Positions 24,361 through 41,625 are shown, counted from the stretch's first letter. The stretch is 64,000 nucleotides of DNA from Camelus dromedarius (GCF_036321535.1 NC_087438.1:26908001-26972000); one strand, 5' to 3'. The notes: generated by a model from the sequence alone, not told the origin. Translations and numbers: made by a program.

Positions 24361-25465
24361 GGCACCCCTAGACTAGAAGCAGGTGTTAAAGCAAAACAAT
24401 TACGGGCTTGAAGTCAAACAGCCCCCAGTAACAACGCCAGCTTTCTCATCTATGAGGGAGGCAATGTATGCAGCCTTTTTGAGCCCTAATTTCTTCAATT
24501 ATAAAATCAGATAAGCAATGTGAAAACACCTAGCATAGAGCAGGTAGTCGATTAAGTCGTGCCCTCTCACGTCCTCCAGAGGTAGAAATATGCTTATTTG
24601 GAAACAGAGTTAAAACACGCAAACTGGAACAATGGGAAATAATGATAAAGAGATAAGATGGGGACAGAGAATAAGCTTTCCTAAAAAACATGCAAACAAA
24701 AAAGTAGATAAACAAGCTTGAATTCTACAGGCAAAAGGGACTGATGGCAATTTTTAGACAGAATAATGATAATGAGAAATTTGGTGCTTTCGCAAGAGAA
24801 ATATGACAGCTGTATTCAAGAAGTAAGTTATTCTCACAATGGTTAATAAGAGATGCATTCCTTTGTCAGTCTCTTTAAAAGAATGTTCCTTCCAATTTCA
24901 TGGAAAATGCCCCTTGGGAAGACACAGTGTAGACTATAATCCTTATTTGGTAGGAAATATTTAATTGAAACAATGCCTCTCTTTGTTAAGCATAGAAGTA
25001 GACTGTATCCTCCCAATAGGTGTGGCACTGTGGGCCTGGGACATATGTCCCCTGAGTCCTAGGCAGAAGGGCTGAGAAACAGTGGTCATGGTAAGGTAAA
25101 GCAGCCCTAACTCCAGTAAGATCAGTGAGATGGTGTCTCCCAAAATGTACACATCTGCGAAACCACAGGACAAGAAGATACCTCAGCCAGGAAGGCTAAG
25201 GTACACCCCATGCCACAACTGTGTGGGAATTGCACAGGTGGAAAGACAGCAGAGATCCTCCAATCTGCCCAGGCATGAGTTTTCAACCTCTTAGGAAAAT
25301 GGCATCTGTAAAATCACTGAGGCTCTCAAATAATTACAACTCAAGTGAACTTAGACATAGAAAAAAGTTTGTAACACCTACCAATGTCAGACAATTTTAG
25401 AACTAAAATCTACTTTGGAGTGTATCTAGCAGTTGCTTTAAGTAGATGCTTAATAAATTTTGAGT

Positions 25466-25650
25466 TAGATAAACAACAAGGTCCTACTGTATAGCAGTGG
25501 GAGCTTCATTCAATAGCTTGTAATAACCTATGATGAAAAAGAATATGAAAAAGAATATATATATATATATATGTACAACTGAATCACTATGCTGTACACT
25601 AGAAACTGGCACACATTGTAAATCAACTCTACTTCAATTCAAAAAGAAAA
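25466..25650 (+). mobile_element. Cetartiodactyl L1 3'UTR fragment with (TA)n
   Basis: AGATAAACAACAAGGTCCTACTGTATAGCA...ACATTGTAAATCAACTCTACTTCAAT. Confidence 0.9.
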
Positions 25651-25746
25651 GTTTGAGAGAATTTTCACCTATCGTTAAATTTCTGGTGAAAAAAATTAAA
25701 TAAAATACATTTTGAATGAACAAATCATCTACCAAAAAGCCCTCAT

Positions 25747-28792
<3,046 letters not shown>

Positions 28793-29810
28793 TAGAAGAA
28801 GGAAGAGAACAAAAGAATTATAAAATAGACAGAAAATAATTAGTAAAATGGCNNNNNNNNNNNNNNNNNNNNNNNNNNNNNNNNNNNNNNNNNNNNNNNN
28901 NNNNNNNNNNNNNNNNNNNNNNNNNNNNNNNNNNNNNNNNNNNNNNNNNNNNNNNNNNNNNNNNNNNNNNNNNNNNNNNNNNNNNNNNNNNGGACACACA
29001 GACTGAAAGTAAAGGGATGGAAAAAAATATTTCATGCAAATGAAAACCAAAATAAAGCTAAGGTAGCTACACTTATATCAGATAAAATAGAATTTCAACA
29101 AAGATTGTAATAAGAGAGAAAGAAGGTCATTATATAATGATAAAGGGATCAATTCAACAAGAGGCTATAACATTTGTAAATATTTATGCATCTTGCATAG
29201 GAGCACTGAAATATATAAAGTAAATATTAGCACATCTGAAGGGGGAGATATACAGCAATATAACAATAGTAAGAGACGTTAATATCTCATTTTCAATAAT
29301 GAGTAGATCATCTAGACAGAAAATTAATGACGAAACACTGGACTTAAGCTACATGTTAGACCAGATGGACTTAACAGACACTTACAGAACAGGCCATCTA
29401 AAAGCAACAGAATACACATTCTTCTCAAGCACACATGGAACATTCCCCAGGATAAATCATATGTACAGTCAAAACAGAAGTCTTTAACCTAACTTTACAT
29501 TTCAAGGAACTAGAAAAAGAAGAACAAACTAAGCCCAAAGTTAGTGGAAAGAAGGAAATAACAAAGACTAGAGCAGAAATAAATAAAACAGACTAAAAAG
29601 ACAATAGGAAAAAAAAATCAATGAAACTAAAAGCTGGGGTTTTTTTTTTTGAAAAGATAAACAAAATAGACAAGCCTTTAGCTAGACTCACCAAGATAAA
29701 AAGAGAGAAGACTCAAATGAATAAAATTAGAAATGGAAGAGGAGACTACAATTCGTACCACAGAAATACAAAGGACTGCAAGGGACTACCGTGACTAATT
29801 ATACGCCAAC
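28793..29810 (+). mobile_element. Inverted 5' arm of the same L1: inter-ORF region, ORF2 ATG (28848) and endonuclease domain
   Basis: ATGGC, gap, then GACACACAGACTGAAAGT; peptide YTFFSSTHGTFPRINHM; ends at TACGCCAACAAA (YANK). Confidence 0.92.
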
Positions 29811-29822
29811 AAAAGCCTTCAT

Positions 29823-29930
29823 TTTTTAAATGAGGTAATTAAAGCCTGGAGTGTTAAGTAATTGGCCCAAGGTCACCAACTAAATAGTGGCAGAGCCAGG
29901 ACTAAAACTCAAATCTCCTGACTTTCAATT
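29823..29930 (-). mobile_element. MIR fragment (target of the L1 insertion)
   Basis: TTTTAAATGAGGTAATTAAAGC..GTTAAGTAATTGGCCCAAGGTCAC. Confidence 0.7.
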
Positions 29931-30382
29931 GAAAGTGAGTTTTATATTTCACTCCATGTTGCCTTTGACTCTTGTGTCTGAGGGAACTGGGTGTATACAC
30001 ATCATGGTATTGCATATAAGAAATGTTTGGCCAATCTCTGTGTCTACCATCCAAAACAGATCATTACAGCCATCTTCCTGGGCCTCTGTGAGATTCTTGT
30101 GACTCAGAAGTCTCCATAGTGACATCCTGGAGGGGAAGCACCACCTCTACAATGGACTCAAGAGAGTCAAACCAAAAACATGGCTTGTAGAGCCAAGCCA
30201 AAGGACAGGTTATGGGGCAGGGGCTGGCTCAGTATGCACGGATTTCTTCTGAATCCTCAACTTTTACTGAAAGTATTAAACACTTCCTCTGGCTTCCTTT
30301 GGTGTCAAAATATGAACACCACAGAGGCAAAGTGGGGTCTTGAAATACTACTGATGAGTCTAACACATATAGAAGGTGCCAA

Positions 30383-30455
30383 GGAAGAAGGAAAAAAAGA
30401 GAGAAAAAGAGGAGAGAGAGAGAGAAAAAGAGAGAGGAAGAGAGAAAGGGGGAGA
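30383..30455. repeat. GA-rich polypurine tract
   Basis: ~70 bp of only A/G. Confidence 0.9.
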
Positions 30456-32394
30456 GCAAAGTAAGGACTAGAGGAGGAAGGCAGTAAAGAGATGCTTATG
30501 CCATGAAGCCATTTCTTCCTGGGCCACACCCTCTGTCAGAAATCTGAAAGCTGGGCTCTAATTCAGGATCTCTGAAGCTGTTTTGAATTTCTTTCCACAG
30601 TTTTCAGGAGACTGATTTTTTCCCAAGGATCCCTATGGGGAAACTGTTATTTTCTCAACTCAGTGAGGGCTATTGACAAACATCAATTCTCTCTATTCTT
30701 CCCTGGAGGTAAAAAGTGACTTATACGAGGCTAAGGGAGAAAGTCCAATATCTCCAAGAGTTAAGAACCCCCAGCCTAACCATCTGTCACAGCCGCCACT
30801 CCTGCCAGTGGGAGCATCTTACAAGTTGCTTCAGTGACAACAGATGCTTCACAGAGGGTGGTCTTGGCCATAGTATCAAGGAGCACTGACTTGGCTCACA
30901 AACAGCAGACGCTCCTCCAGTGAACCACGGACCCAGCTGTCAGCATTTACTCCTGTCCGTGCCATCCTTAGGTCTCAGGGTCTCTCAACTCTTCTAGTAG
31001 TTTCTTTGCTATTCAGCAGGAGGAAGATTGCATCAATACCATGAACTATTTTGAACACACGAGAAGAGCTACCAAGGCCATACAAAATCTGGGGGCCGAG
31101 CCAGGATTAGAACATCAGCTTCAGCCACAGTGTTAAATAGAGGGAGAGTTTATATGGGGGTCAGCATCAAAACAGGATGGTTTCCAAGAACCCAATGCTT
31201 GAAAGCCCAAAGACAGAATCTTGAGGATGCCCTGATATAAGTGGCATTAAATCGACCCCTCCCCTTCTTGCTTACTTTCCTCCTCCTCTCTTCCTCAGCT
31301 ATTTTCTATTATTTTTTCACACACAAAAAGTGTAGAGCTTTTTAGTACTTGCTTAGTAATCCAGTGCAAACGTTCCTATCTCCGGGGGCAAACCCTTACA
31401 CTGTATGTTGTTTTTCCCCGATGTACGCCAAAAGAAAACCAAACGTCTTCTGTTCACTGTCCGTTACACTGTCTTTCTATGGAATTTCTCCCTGTGAACT
31501 CTGACTTCTGCTGGTAACCTCTTTCCACCCTTTCAACAGAAATGAAAACTCAAAGAGGTGTTCAATCTAACAGAAGGCAAAATCACTAACTCTGAGAACA
31601 CTCAAATGTCAATCAAGGTTTTCCCCAAAATCACTCCTTGGAAAAAGAGGAAATCATTTTATATTCAGAGTTTCTTACTATAGGGCGTTCTCATTATTGT
31701 TTTATTTCTAATAACACAGTTCTTTTCAGGGAAGACACATTATCCTGAAACAATTGTAATCAGTGCAAGATTCTGATGTTTATAGGTGGAATTGGTGAGC
31801 TTTAATGCATACTTAATGATTCTTTCACTTGGGTGAATGGCCTCACATTTGCAACAGTGGGTGTTGATGTGAACAAGCCTTTTAAATACCACTTTTTAAA
31901 ATACTACAGTAAGTGGTTACCTAGTAGGTGTCGAAAATATGCAACTGCAGGATGAAAGAAAACAACTCTCATAGTGCTATGCTGTGGCTCAGAATAAAAC
32001 TGAAACATGACAGTGGGAAAATATGACTAGTAATATTTCTTTTTTATGAAATATAAAATACATAAATGGTATAAGTGTATAAAATGATTTAAATAACACA
32101 TTAATAAATTAAGTATTTATAAGTAGATAGGACATATTCAGAAAATGGAAGAGGGTCTCATATTTGGCATTGCCTTATACTAGAGCATATACGGTAGACA
32201 CACAGACAATGGCTGAATCCTAACTGTGGTTCCTAGGGAAGAACCAGCAACACTTCACAGCAAGTTCTTTTCTTTCCTCGGGGTTATTGAGAAAGTATGT
32301 TTGCCTAACAGCTCTTATCTTGATTCCGGACCCTTAGGAAATGATGACCCTACACATGACCATGGCAGTTTGTGGAAAAAAAAAGCACTCTCCA

Positions 32395-32860
32395 TCTTAT
32401 ACAAGGAAATGAGTGTTTGAAGTACTACTTCAAAAGTAGTCACTTTAAGAGACTCCATACATTTATTCAAAGAATGCCAATCACTGCCCAAAGCTGCTTG
32501 GGAAGCCCTTTGGAGGACGGCCTTTAAAGAGTCAGTTCACAGGCCAATGACATAGCCAGGCTTTGCACTTTATAGACAGCCTTTTTATTTTATTTTTTTA
32601 ACCCCAAATGGTTATACTCAATGCCATTTACCAGATCGTCCTCTGGATGACTTTCAGCTCTTTCCAGAAATCATTAAATCCACTCCCTTCCACTGGCTCC
32701 CATCCCCCACCCCACCCCAAAGGATGAAGACTTGGCACAGAGCAGGATTCTCAGAAAAATGCTTTGCAGGCTCCGAAGACAATTCCACAAGAGGAGTTCC
32801 AAATGTTTAGAGGAAAAACAACACAATTAGAGTAAGTCTATGACCTCCCAATGAGAAGGA
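32395..32860. mobile_element. Mariner-type non-autonomous DNA transposon (MARNA-like) with decayed inverted arms
   Basis: TGACTTTCAGCTCTTTCCA, CAAAGGATGAAGACTTGGC and GACAATTCCACAAGAGGAGTTCCAAA match the recalled mariner transposase 3' end; left part matches its reverse complement. Confidence 0.6.
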
Positions 32861-33292
32861 GCTGAAAAGAGGCAACATTCCTGAGTGCAGGGAGATTTGT
32901 TTTTAAAAATCATTTTATATTCCTACCTCATGTTTGAAATTTACAAGCCTTGCACTTCATACCAGGTAGCCAGGTTTAGCAAACAATTTTATCTGCTCAC
33001 TGTTTAATCAAAATAGAAAGACTTAAGCTTTATTTTTTTTTTTGAGGGGGGTTGGGCAGAGGGGAGGAATTAAGCCTTTAAACAGAAGCACAATTTACAA
33101 ATCTGCTATGCACCTTAGCAAGAATCAGAGGTAAAATGACTATTCAAACTTGGATTCTTTAGCAAAACAGTGAAATCATCATCACAAGTAACAATGCTAA
33201 ACATAGAACTATAGGCAAGCCTGATGCAGTGTGCATGATGAGTCATTATCTTCAGTTACTCACTTACTGAGGGTCTGAGAGTTAAAGCTATA

Positions 33293-33838
33293 TACAGCAC
33301 TATTTACAATAGCCAAGACATGGAAACAACTTAAATATCCATCAACAAATGACTGGATAAAGAAGTTGTGATACATATATACAATAGAACACTACTCAGT
33401 CATAAAAAAAGAATAAAATAATGTCATTTGCTATAACATGAATGGAACTGGAAATCGTCATTCTAAGAGAAATAAGCCAGAAAGAGAAAGAAAAATACCA
33501 TATGATATCACTTATATGTGGAATCTAAAAAAAGAGACACAAATGAATTTATCAACAAAACAGAAACAGGCTCACAGACATAGAAGGCAAACTTACGGTT
33601 TTGTGGGGGTGGTGGGAGGGATAAACAGGGAGTTCAAGATTTGCAGATACACACTACTATATACAAAACAGATAAATGACCACTTTCTACTGTATAGCAC
33701 TGGGAACTATATTCTATATTTTGTAGTAACCTATTATGAAAATGAATATATGTATGTATATGTCTGACTGAAACATTATACTATATGCCACAAAGTGATG
33801 CAACATTGTAAACTGACTATACTTCAATAATTTTTAAA
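33293..33838 (+). mobile_element. 5'-truncated L1 3' end
   Basis: CAGCACTATTTACAATAGCCAAGACATGG...TATACTTCAATAATTTTTAAAAA; imperfect TSD AAAGCTATAT/AAGGCTATAT. Confidence 0.92.
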
Positions 33839-35046
33839 AAGGCTATATGGACTTGTCGCAGTTGCAGGCCTGTTTAATACACATCTTTCCTCCTACATTT
33901 TGGCTCCAGCATGTTACATTCTCTTCATATATCACATTCTGGTTTTATCTTTACTGGGCCGTGATTTTGTTATGAATTTGTTACCATTCATTTTTGACAC
34001 AGTCTCTGAGCACAAAACCTATTCCCTGTTTGGAAGTTACACTGTTTTAGAAACTTATTTTTACTCTTTGAAGCCACTGGGGTATTTTTTAGTAAGGTCA
34101 CTGAGGCAGTAATTTCCCAAGTAGGAATAGCTGACCCTTCAAATGTTGTCCAATAGCCAACTTGTGAGTTGATAGGAAGATCCACCAAGTGCAGACATAA
34201 TGCAACCAAAACCAGTTAAGCAATATTACTTCGGGGATTTAAAAAGAGAAAACGTGTCCAGGGAAATTTGCTAATTCTTTTGGACAAAACTTTAAAATTA
34301 GGGAATGAAGCAAAACAAATTAGACTTTACATATTTTGATACCAGAAGAGCATTTGATTCAGAAAAGTAAGTTTACGATTAGATTAATTCAAGCTGGGTT
34401 GACTATTTGAAGACTAAGAGGCATAATTCTAATATGGTACTGGTTAGACTCATGTCTCATTACCGCTAGAGAGAGCTTAGTGCCAGATACAGACCATTAA
34501 GATAAGTCCTTTCACTGTGCAAAAGTTTTAGGAAACTTTTTCCAGGAACTTAACCCAGAGGAAAGCCCAACAGAAACAAAAACAATTTACATTTGTCCAC
34601 ACTACAGCATTTCTCTGGGTTCTGCCAGACATTTTTCAGATATTCTCAAATCAATTCCTCATTCATACCTCTGGCATCTCATGACAACAGTACCAGACAT
34701 TGAGAGACATTATCAAATGCCTTCTTTGTACATGATGGGGTCAGATCCACACAAACATTTTGTGGGTTTAGATATGCTTCTCCACTTGAATGCAGAGGTA
34801 GAAATTTTGTCAGCCTGATCTACTGTTATAGCCTCAGAACTCAGAAAGGTGCCCGGTACATGGAAGCTATCAGCAACCGTTTGTTGACTTTTACTGGTGA
34901 GGAAACTCAGGGACCTCCAGAGGAGTAATAATGACACATTTATTAAGCTCCCTAAAGTCTTCAGACAGGTGTTCTATTTATTCATTTTTGCAGACTCCCA
35001 TATTTTAGAAGGGCACTACTTTCCTTTTTCATCACTTTGACATAGT

Positions 35047-35072
35047 ACACACACACACACACACACACACAC
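35047..35072. repeat. (CA)n microsatellite
   Basis: Direct observation. Confidence 0.95.
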
Positions 35073-37961
35073 GCTCACACATATATACCTGCTATTGCTT
35101 CTTGTTTTCCACTTGAGGCTCTTCCTGAGAAATTATATGTAAGAAATCATGAGTTTGGTGTGCCAGTTATGTAATAACTGTTTTCAAATAAATACTAAGC
35201 TTCAAATTTAAAAAGTAATAAAAACTGCCCATGTACCACCAGAAGTCATGACAAATTGGTATGTCTACTACATTGGGGGCAACACTGCTATACTGGATCC
35301 TTACAGTAACCCAGTGGGAGAGGCCCGTGAGCTAATCAGCAGGGTACGTACGCACTGTCAGTACCAGCAAATAAACTGCGGTGAATGGACACAGGGTCAC
35401 ACAGCTCATAAGTGGTAGCTTTAGGACTGCGACCACCCCAATTCTCCTCATTGACCCATAGCTTTAAAAGTGACTTGGAATGATCTTGTCTCTGAGTTCA
35501 ATAAAGATGACAAGGAGAAGTGCAAAAATCTGCCCTCCCAGCTGTTCTTCAGCTGACCGATAGCTTCGTGGTCTGCACACAGCTCTCAGCTCTCCATGTA
35601 GTTAGCATCATATTCTGATAGACTGTATGTAGAAGTCAGAGAATAGATGGTCCAGGAAGCAAGAGACATATTTTTTCCTAATACATCCCCTGTCTTTAAT
35701 CTTTAAGGAGACCATGATAAAAAGAGCTTATAAATCTATTTTTTAAACCACTTAATATTTTAAACCAAGGAGAGAAAGGGAAAATAAAAACTCTCTTTAA
35801 CAATGCATCTCAGTCACATACTATAGGATCAGGAAGTCTTGACAGAAAGCTAAACAAAATCCCTTCTGTGATTCCAGCCCATTGCATTAACCTCGACAGA
35901 ATCTAAAGAGAAAGCTCTCGCAAAGGGGAACACTCCCACATTCTGAAGGGTCAGAGAACGAAGCTTCAGTTGACTGCTTGTGGAGGAGGTGAAGGAAAGT
36001 CAGGAATTCCAGGACTCACACAAGGCTGGTGGCTTTGTATGGCAAGGAAGAAACATCACAGGATGGTATATGTACAGTGCTGGATAGACGAGTTCCATAC
36101 GGAGACAGGAAAGGAACAGAGGTCTTGTCTGTCTCTTCAGACAGTATCTCCTTAGAAAAGCTAAACTTGTCATCATTAGGGTCATAATTTCTTAAATTCT
36201 CTTGCAATTGTGCACCACTTCCAAATGTTCCTTAATGGTTATTTAGCTATTTTTAAAAATTTTCTTACTCTAGTTTTTTTTTTTTCTTTTTTATGGAATA
36301 AAAACAAAAAAAAGGCCAACTCTTCCCATGAGAAGTCCAGCAATTCGAACTCAGAGGCTATGGTCTGAATCAGCACTGCTCACTTGAGGGCACACAAAAT
36401 ACCTAGAAGGAACTGTGAACCTTCTAACTTCTGCTATAAGTTGGGATCCACATCATAATCCTGTATCAAAGAATTCGTCACTAAAAGGTACCGCAAGACC
36501 CCCTTGACCACCCAGCCTAGGAGAGGGCATTTGAGGAAGACAGGTACCAGTAGACATCAATAGCTCTTGTTTGCTCTTCTGTGAGGGATTCTGAGACCAG
36601 CTCCCCTAAGTGTTTCCCTTCCTCGAGGCTAGCATGGTGGTTTGGGTGAGGTTTAAGTTCTCCTGCTGGAAGCCACTTTGCTTATCCCTCTCCGCTCCTG
36701 GGGGCTGCACTTAGGTGCGACAGCTGCTGTTAGGATGCAGGAGTTAGCCCTGGAGCCACTTCTGTGTCACATCCTTCTTCCCAGTTCCCTGGGGCTCCTA
36801 TCCGCCCCTTCCCTCATGGGGGGGGGGGGCTGGGCACAGCTCCTTGTTTGCCGTAAGGAGATGGAGAAGGAGGAAGGGGGTGAGAGGAGGGAAAGCTGAG
36901 GTGTCGGGATCTGACTCTTCACTGTCACAACTCTCGCTAGGCTCCTCGAATGCTAATTTTACTCAATCTCCTGATTTCTCACTGTGTCTGTAGTGGACCA
37001 TGAGGGCACCCACTCTTTTATAAGTCACTATTTCCATGAGGGATCTGGAAAAGTTCACTTGGACATTTGGGACTTTCTACATAAGGTCAAATTCTTCAGC
37101 TTGTAAGTTAAACTCCTCGCACTCGGCTTGATGCCTTAGCACTTTCCTCTCTTCTGCCCAGAATGAGTTATGCAAGAGGCTACCAGGTCTCTTCCCCATG
37201 TGCCCTGTTATGTCCAAATCTCAATACAAGCACCCAGCCCTTCCTCCTCGTCTCCAAGTCTGCTTTACCCCATTACTGTTTCTCCCAGGGATCTATAAGG
37301 TCCTCAGGCAAATGGGACACTCAGTAGCCACAATGGCTTCTAAAATGGGCGTGTGGGTTAACTCTTTACTTAATCCCAGGACTCTTAAACTCTCTAGGAA
37401 ACATTTTATAACCCAAAGTAGAAGACATGATATAAAACATGCCCAGCCTCCTGCCCTGACTATCAGCTTCCTTTAGCAGGCAGCCTGGCTTCCTTCTGGC
37501 CACCAGCCATACCTGGGGACCTCATAACAGCAGGGCATTGGATTGAGTGCAACTGGCAAGTCTCTGTTCTTGAACTATTGGTGACAAACCTATAGTGTCA
37601 CCTGCGGGGACCTGCCCTTTCATCATGGGGCCATTCTTCTTCTTGGTAATGTGGTCTATCCTCTTGACCGTCCTTTCTGAAACAGCATTGCTTTCAGTAT
37701 TTTTTGAGCATCCAGCTGGTGACTCTAATTTGCTTATAGAGAAATTGCTTCCTGTCCTCAAGAAATTCTCAGATTCCAAATTCATCTCTGCCTCCTGGAG
37801 TCAGCAGCAGACTCCTTTTCAGTGGCTGTCTTTTTGATTGAGACCCTGATGAAATGCAGACAGCCAAAATCTAGCTTTCAAAAATGGGTCACCCAGAAGC
37901 CTGGGTGCTGATAAACTGGGAAAAAGCAATGCCCAAAGCACCCATGTTAAAAAGCGCCCAT

Positions 37962-37963
<2 letters not shown>

Positions 37964-37993
<30 letters not shown>
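37964..37993. repeat. (CA)n microsatellite
   Basis: Direct observation. Confidence 0.95.
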
Positions 37994-37995
<2 letters not shown>

Positions 37996-38364
37996 CTTGC
38001 ACATTTCACTGTGTGAGTGGCCAGCTGTAGTCTTTAACTTTTAAGAACATATTCCTCTGTTTCCTCATTTTGCTTAATTCTCTGTGTTTATTTCTATGTA
38101 CTAGGTTAGTTGGTTACATGTCCTGATCTTAGAAAAGTGGCCTTATGTAGAAGTCCTTTGGTGCCCAGCAGCACACTCCCCTCTGGCCACCAGATCTATA
38201 TGCTTTAGATGCACCCCCATGTGGGCTCCATGGGCCCTTCTGTTGGGACAGGGCCATCTACTGTGGGCAAGCTGGTAGGCAGGGCTGGGTCCCAGCCCTG
38301 TTGGCTGCCAGGCCTTGCCTTGCGCAGTGGCTGCCAGCCTACTGGTGGGTAGTACTAAGTCCCA

Positions 38365-39050
38365 AGTCTACTAGATTATTTTGAGGCAAATTCCAGATGC
38401 TATACCATGCATCCATAAGTATTTCTGTATATATTTCTTTTGTGGGAGGGTTGATAATCAGGCTTTTTTTTCAATGGAGGTACTAAGGATTGAACCCAGG
38501 ACCTTGTGCCTACTAAGCATGTGCTCTACCACTGAGCTATACCCTCCCCCAGCCAGTATGTATTTCTAAATGATAAGGATTCTTAAAAAATAACATCTAG
38601 AAACATTAGAAATTCCTTAAATGTTATAATATATGCAATTAGTATTCAAATTTCCCTCAAATGTCTTATCAAATTGTTTTTATAGCTGCTTGGTTGAAAT
38701 CAGGATCCAGAAAGTTCCACCCATTGCATTTGGTTGATGTGTCTCTAGTCCCATAATCGACAGCTACCTCCCTCTTTTCTTTAGTCTTTGCAGTTTATTT
38801 GTTGGAGCCACCAAGTTACTTACCCTGCATAGTTTCCCACTGTCTAGATTTTTCAAATATTAATTCCATGCTGTTGTGTAAGATGCTCCTCTGCCCCCTT
38901 ATTTCCTGTAAACTAAAAATTAGATCTAAAGTGTCATCTGATTCGGGTTCTTTTGTGTGTGTGTGTGAACACCTTACAGACGGTGTTGTCTGTGTACCAT
39001 CTTCAGGCGGTATGTTATTATCGTCTCTCTCTTTGTGATGTTAGCAGCCA
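38365..39050 (-). mobile_element. Old L1 (L1MC4/5-like) 3' region, interrupted by a SINE
   Basis: GATTATTTTGAGGCAAATTCCAGA, AAATCAGGATCCAG and CATTGCATTTGGTTGATGTGTCTC blocks. Confidence 0.65.
38437..38550 (-). mobile_element. Camelid SINE
   Basis: GGAGGTACTAAGGATTGAACCCAGGACC...CTCTACCACTGAGCTATACCCTCCCC; imperfect TSD GTATATATTTCT/GTATGTATTTCT. Confidence 0.9.
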
Positions 39051-39473
39051 TTATTTATTCTTAAAAACTACTTACACTGTAATTTTTCTCTGAGGTGATA
39101 TTAACCATATTTTAAAATATTCATTAGAAACACCTTCAATTGTTTTATTGCAGTCTTAGCCCATCTTCATTTCCATTAACTAAATAACATTCTTTTAAGC
39201 ACCAGCTTCCAAATTTCCCATCAATCATACTAGTGTGTCATTTCTTCTGCAGTGAGATAGTTATTCTTATGCTGATTCTTCCTCCACCTCCTTCCCACCC
39301 CCCCATATTCCCTAGGAAGGGAATATGAATATTTCGATAGCGCATTTGGTATTTTATAGCAATTCATTGGAGTATTGTCTTGTTTTTACAGTGTTTTTCC
39401 TCTGCCTATCCCATAGTGGCTTTTCCCCCAAACTATTAAACTTGCCTTCTAAGATTCTGATTACCAATTCCAA

Positions 39474-40286
39474 TGTGTGGGCTTTCCCCCAACACTACCA
39501 AACAATTCTCTGACACCAGCTGGGTGACTCTCAGTTCAACTCAATTCTGAAACTATCTATCTGCCCGGAGATAGCACCAGATTCTGTAAGTTAAGGGTTC
39601 AGTCCCATAAGATTGCCCTAACACTTCAGATGACAACTATAAATCTGGGTTTTCACCTGTGCTTAACTGACTGGCAATGAATCAGAGGTTCCCAGAACCC
39701 CTCCTTGGGTTTGATTAATGTGCTAGGCCAGCTCACAGAGCTCAGGAAACCAGTCTACTCACTAGATTACTGGATTATTACAGAAGATATGAAAGGTTAC
39801 TAATCAATAGCCAGTTGAGGAAATACATGAGGCAAGGTCCCAAACAAAGGAGCTTCTGTCTTTGCAGAGTTTGGGGCCTGGCACAGAGACACATGGAAGC
39901 ATTCTGGTTCACCAACCTGGAAGCTCCTCAAACCCTGTCTTTTGGGTTTTTATGGAAGCTTCATTATGTAGACATGATGGATTATATCACTGACCATTAG
40001 TGACTGATTCAACCTCTAGCCCCTCCCCTCTACCCAGAGGTCAGAGAGATGAGACTGAAAGTTCCAACCATCAATCATGTGGTTGGTTCCCTTGGCAACC
40101 AGCCCCCATCCATAGATGATTTCTAAAAGTCACTTCACATATAAACACAAGTGTGGTTAAAAGGGATTTGTTATGAATGTCATGACACCTTTATTGCTCT
40201 TATCACTCAGGAAATTTCAAGGATTTTAGGAGCTCTGTGCCAGAAATGGAGATGAAGACCAAATGTATATTTCTTATTATATCACA
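39474..40286 (-). mobile_element. MER21-like LTR
   Basis: TCTGACACCAGCTGGG..CAGTTCAACTCAATTCTGA and terminal GACCAAATGTATATTTCTTATTATATCACA match MER21 antisense. Confidence 0.8.
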
Positions 40287-40399
40287 ATGTCACACCTTCC
40301 TTTTCTTTCTCATTCTGATTTTTGCCCGTACACAGTATTCACAATACATGAAAGTTTTATTTCTTTGCTGCTGATATCTAAATTCCCACAAGTTGGAGG

Positions 40400-41625
40400 T
40401 CTTGCCTCAGCCTTCTCTTTGGTTTGTCTCCAGCTTCTTGCCTGATTCAGGTGATGCTGACCACTCCTCCTTATCGAAACGCCCTTCATTTTCTAGGCAT
40501 CACTATTTACCGGTTTACCTCCTATTTCTTGTATTACTCCTCCTGATCTCCTTCAAAGTCACCTCTTCCTCTGCCCATTCCTGAAATGTGATTATTGCCT
40601 GAGTTTTTTCCTTTGGCCCTCTCCTCCTTTCACATGATGCTGAATGATCTGATTCGCCCTCTTGCTTCAACAACCAACATAGGAGGATGACTCCCAGTTC
40701 TAGACCTTCTGCCAAGGCTTCTTGTTGTAGCTTTAGGATTGCATATCCAACAGTTTGCTAGAAGTCACTCCCAGACAATTACTTCTTACTTACTTACTCC
40801 ACCCCGAACCTGCTTACTTCCTTCTCTAGCTCTGTGAATCACACCACTATCAACCAGTCATCAGCTCAGAAACCTGGACTCCTCCTATGCTCCCTTGTCT
40901 TCCATCAGGTCTGACCAAGGACCATGCATGCTGACTGCTCCTATTCATGCTTTCCCATATCTGTCCCCTTTGCCATTACCATTACCCCTTACTGCCTAAC
41001 TTGTTTGCTTGCTCCCTAAATTCTGCCCCTGCCATTCATCCTTCACACTGCTGCCGGAATAATCTCTCTAAAACACAAATCTGAGTTATGGCACTTACAT
41101 TTAAATTCCAAACTCTGTGATACGGTAGTCTTCATTCAACCTTTGGCCATGGTCTCTGTAGCCCACACTGTGTACATTCCAAAGATTATATGCAGTAATA
41201 CATGTCAATTCACTAATACATTGCCTGGCTCAATATACAGCAATATTTTCCATTTTTGGTCTAAATATTTGCTTTCCCCTTGTGTCATATGCCATTTCAT
41301 GCACTGTGTGTTTGCTCATGTTTTCCCACCCTCCTCGCCCGCTCCTGGCTCTGTCCTCCCCTTTTCCACCGGTTGGTGCTTACTTATTTTTTAAGCTTCA
41401 GCTCAAGCTTACTTACTTAAGGAAGGCTTTTTTGAAGCCAGACATCATTAAACATGTCTTCTCTGTGTTCCTAAGGTTCCCTCCATCACTTCTGTCATGG
41501 CCCCTACATAGCTCCTAGACTGGAGGCAATGCGCAGTAGGTCTTGTGATTTAATATTTGAATCCCCAATAACAGACTCAGTGCCTGGCCCACTGTGGGTG
41601 TTCAGTGAAGGCAAAAATGAATGAA
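40400..41625 (+). mobile_element. L2 LINE 3' portion
   Basis: CT-rich sense L2 ending AGTGCCTGGC...AAAAATGAATGAA. Confidence 0.8.

Noticed and set aside
36606-36900. Minus-strand promoter-like patch (GC box CCGCCCC at 36802, G12 run) with ACCACCATG Kozak start at 36635
   Set aside because: The ORF is only 9 codons (MLASRKGNT); no CpG island or TATA and no supported downstream exon.
37580-37603. 14-bp match to the reverse-complemented SP6 promoter (CTATAGTGTCACCT) within a 7-bp inverted repeat GGTGACA/TGTCACC
   Set aside because: The match stops before the TAAAT part and the flanks are not vector-like; treated as coincidence, not contamination.
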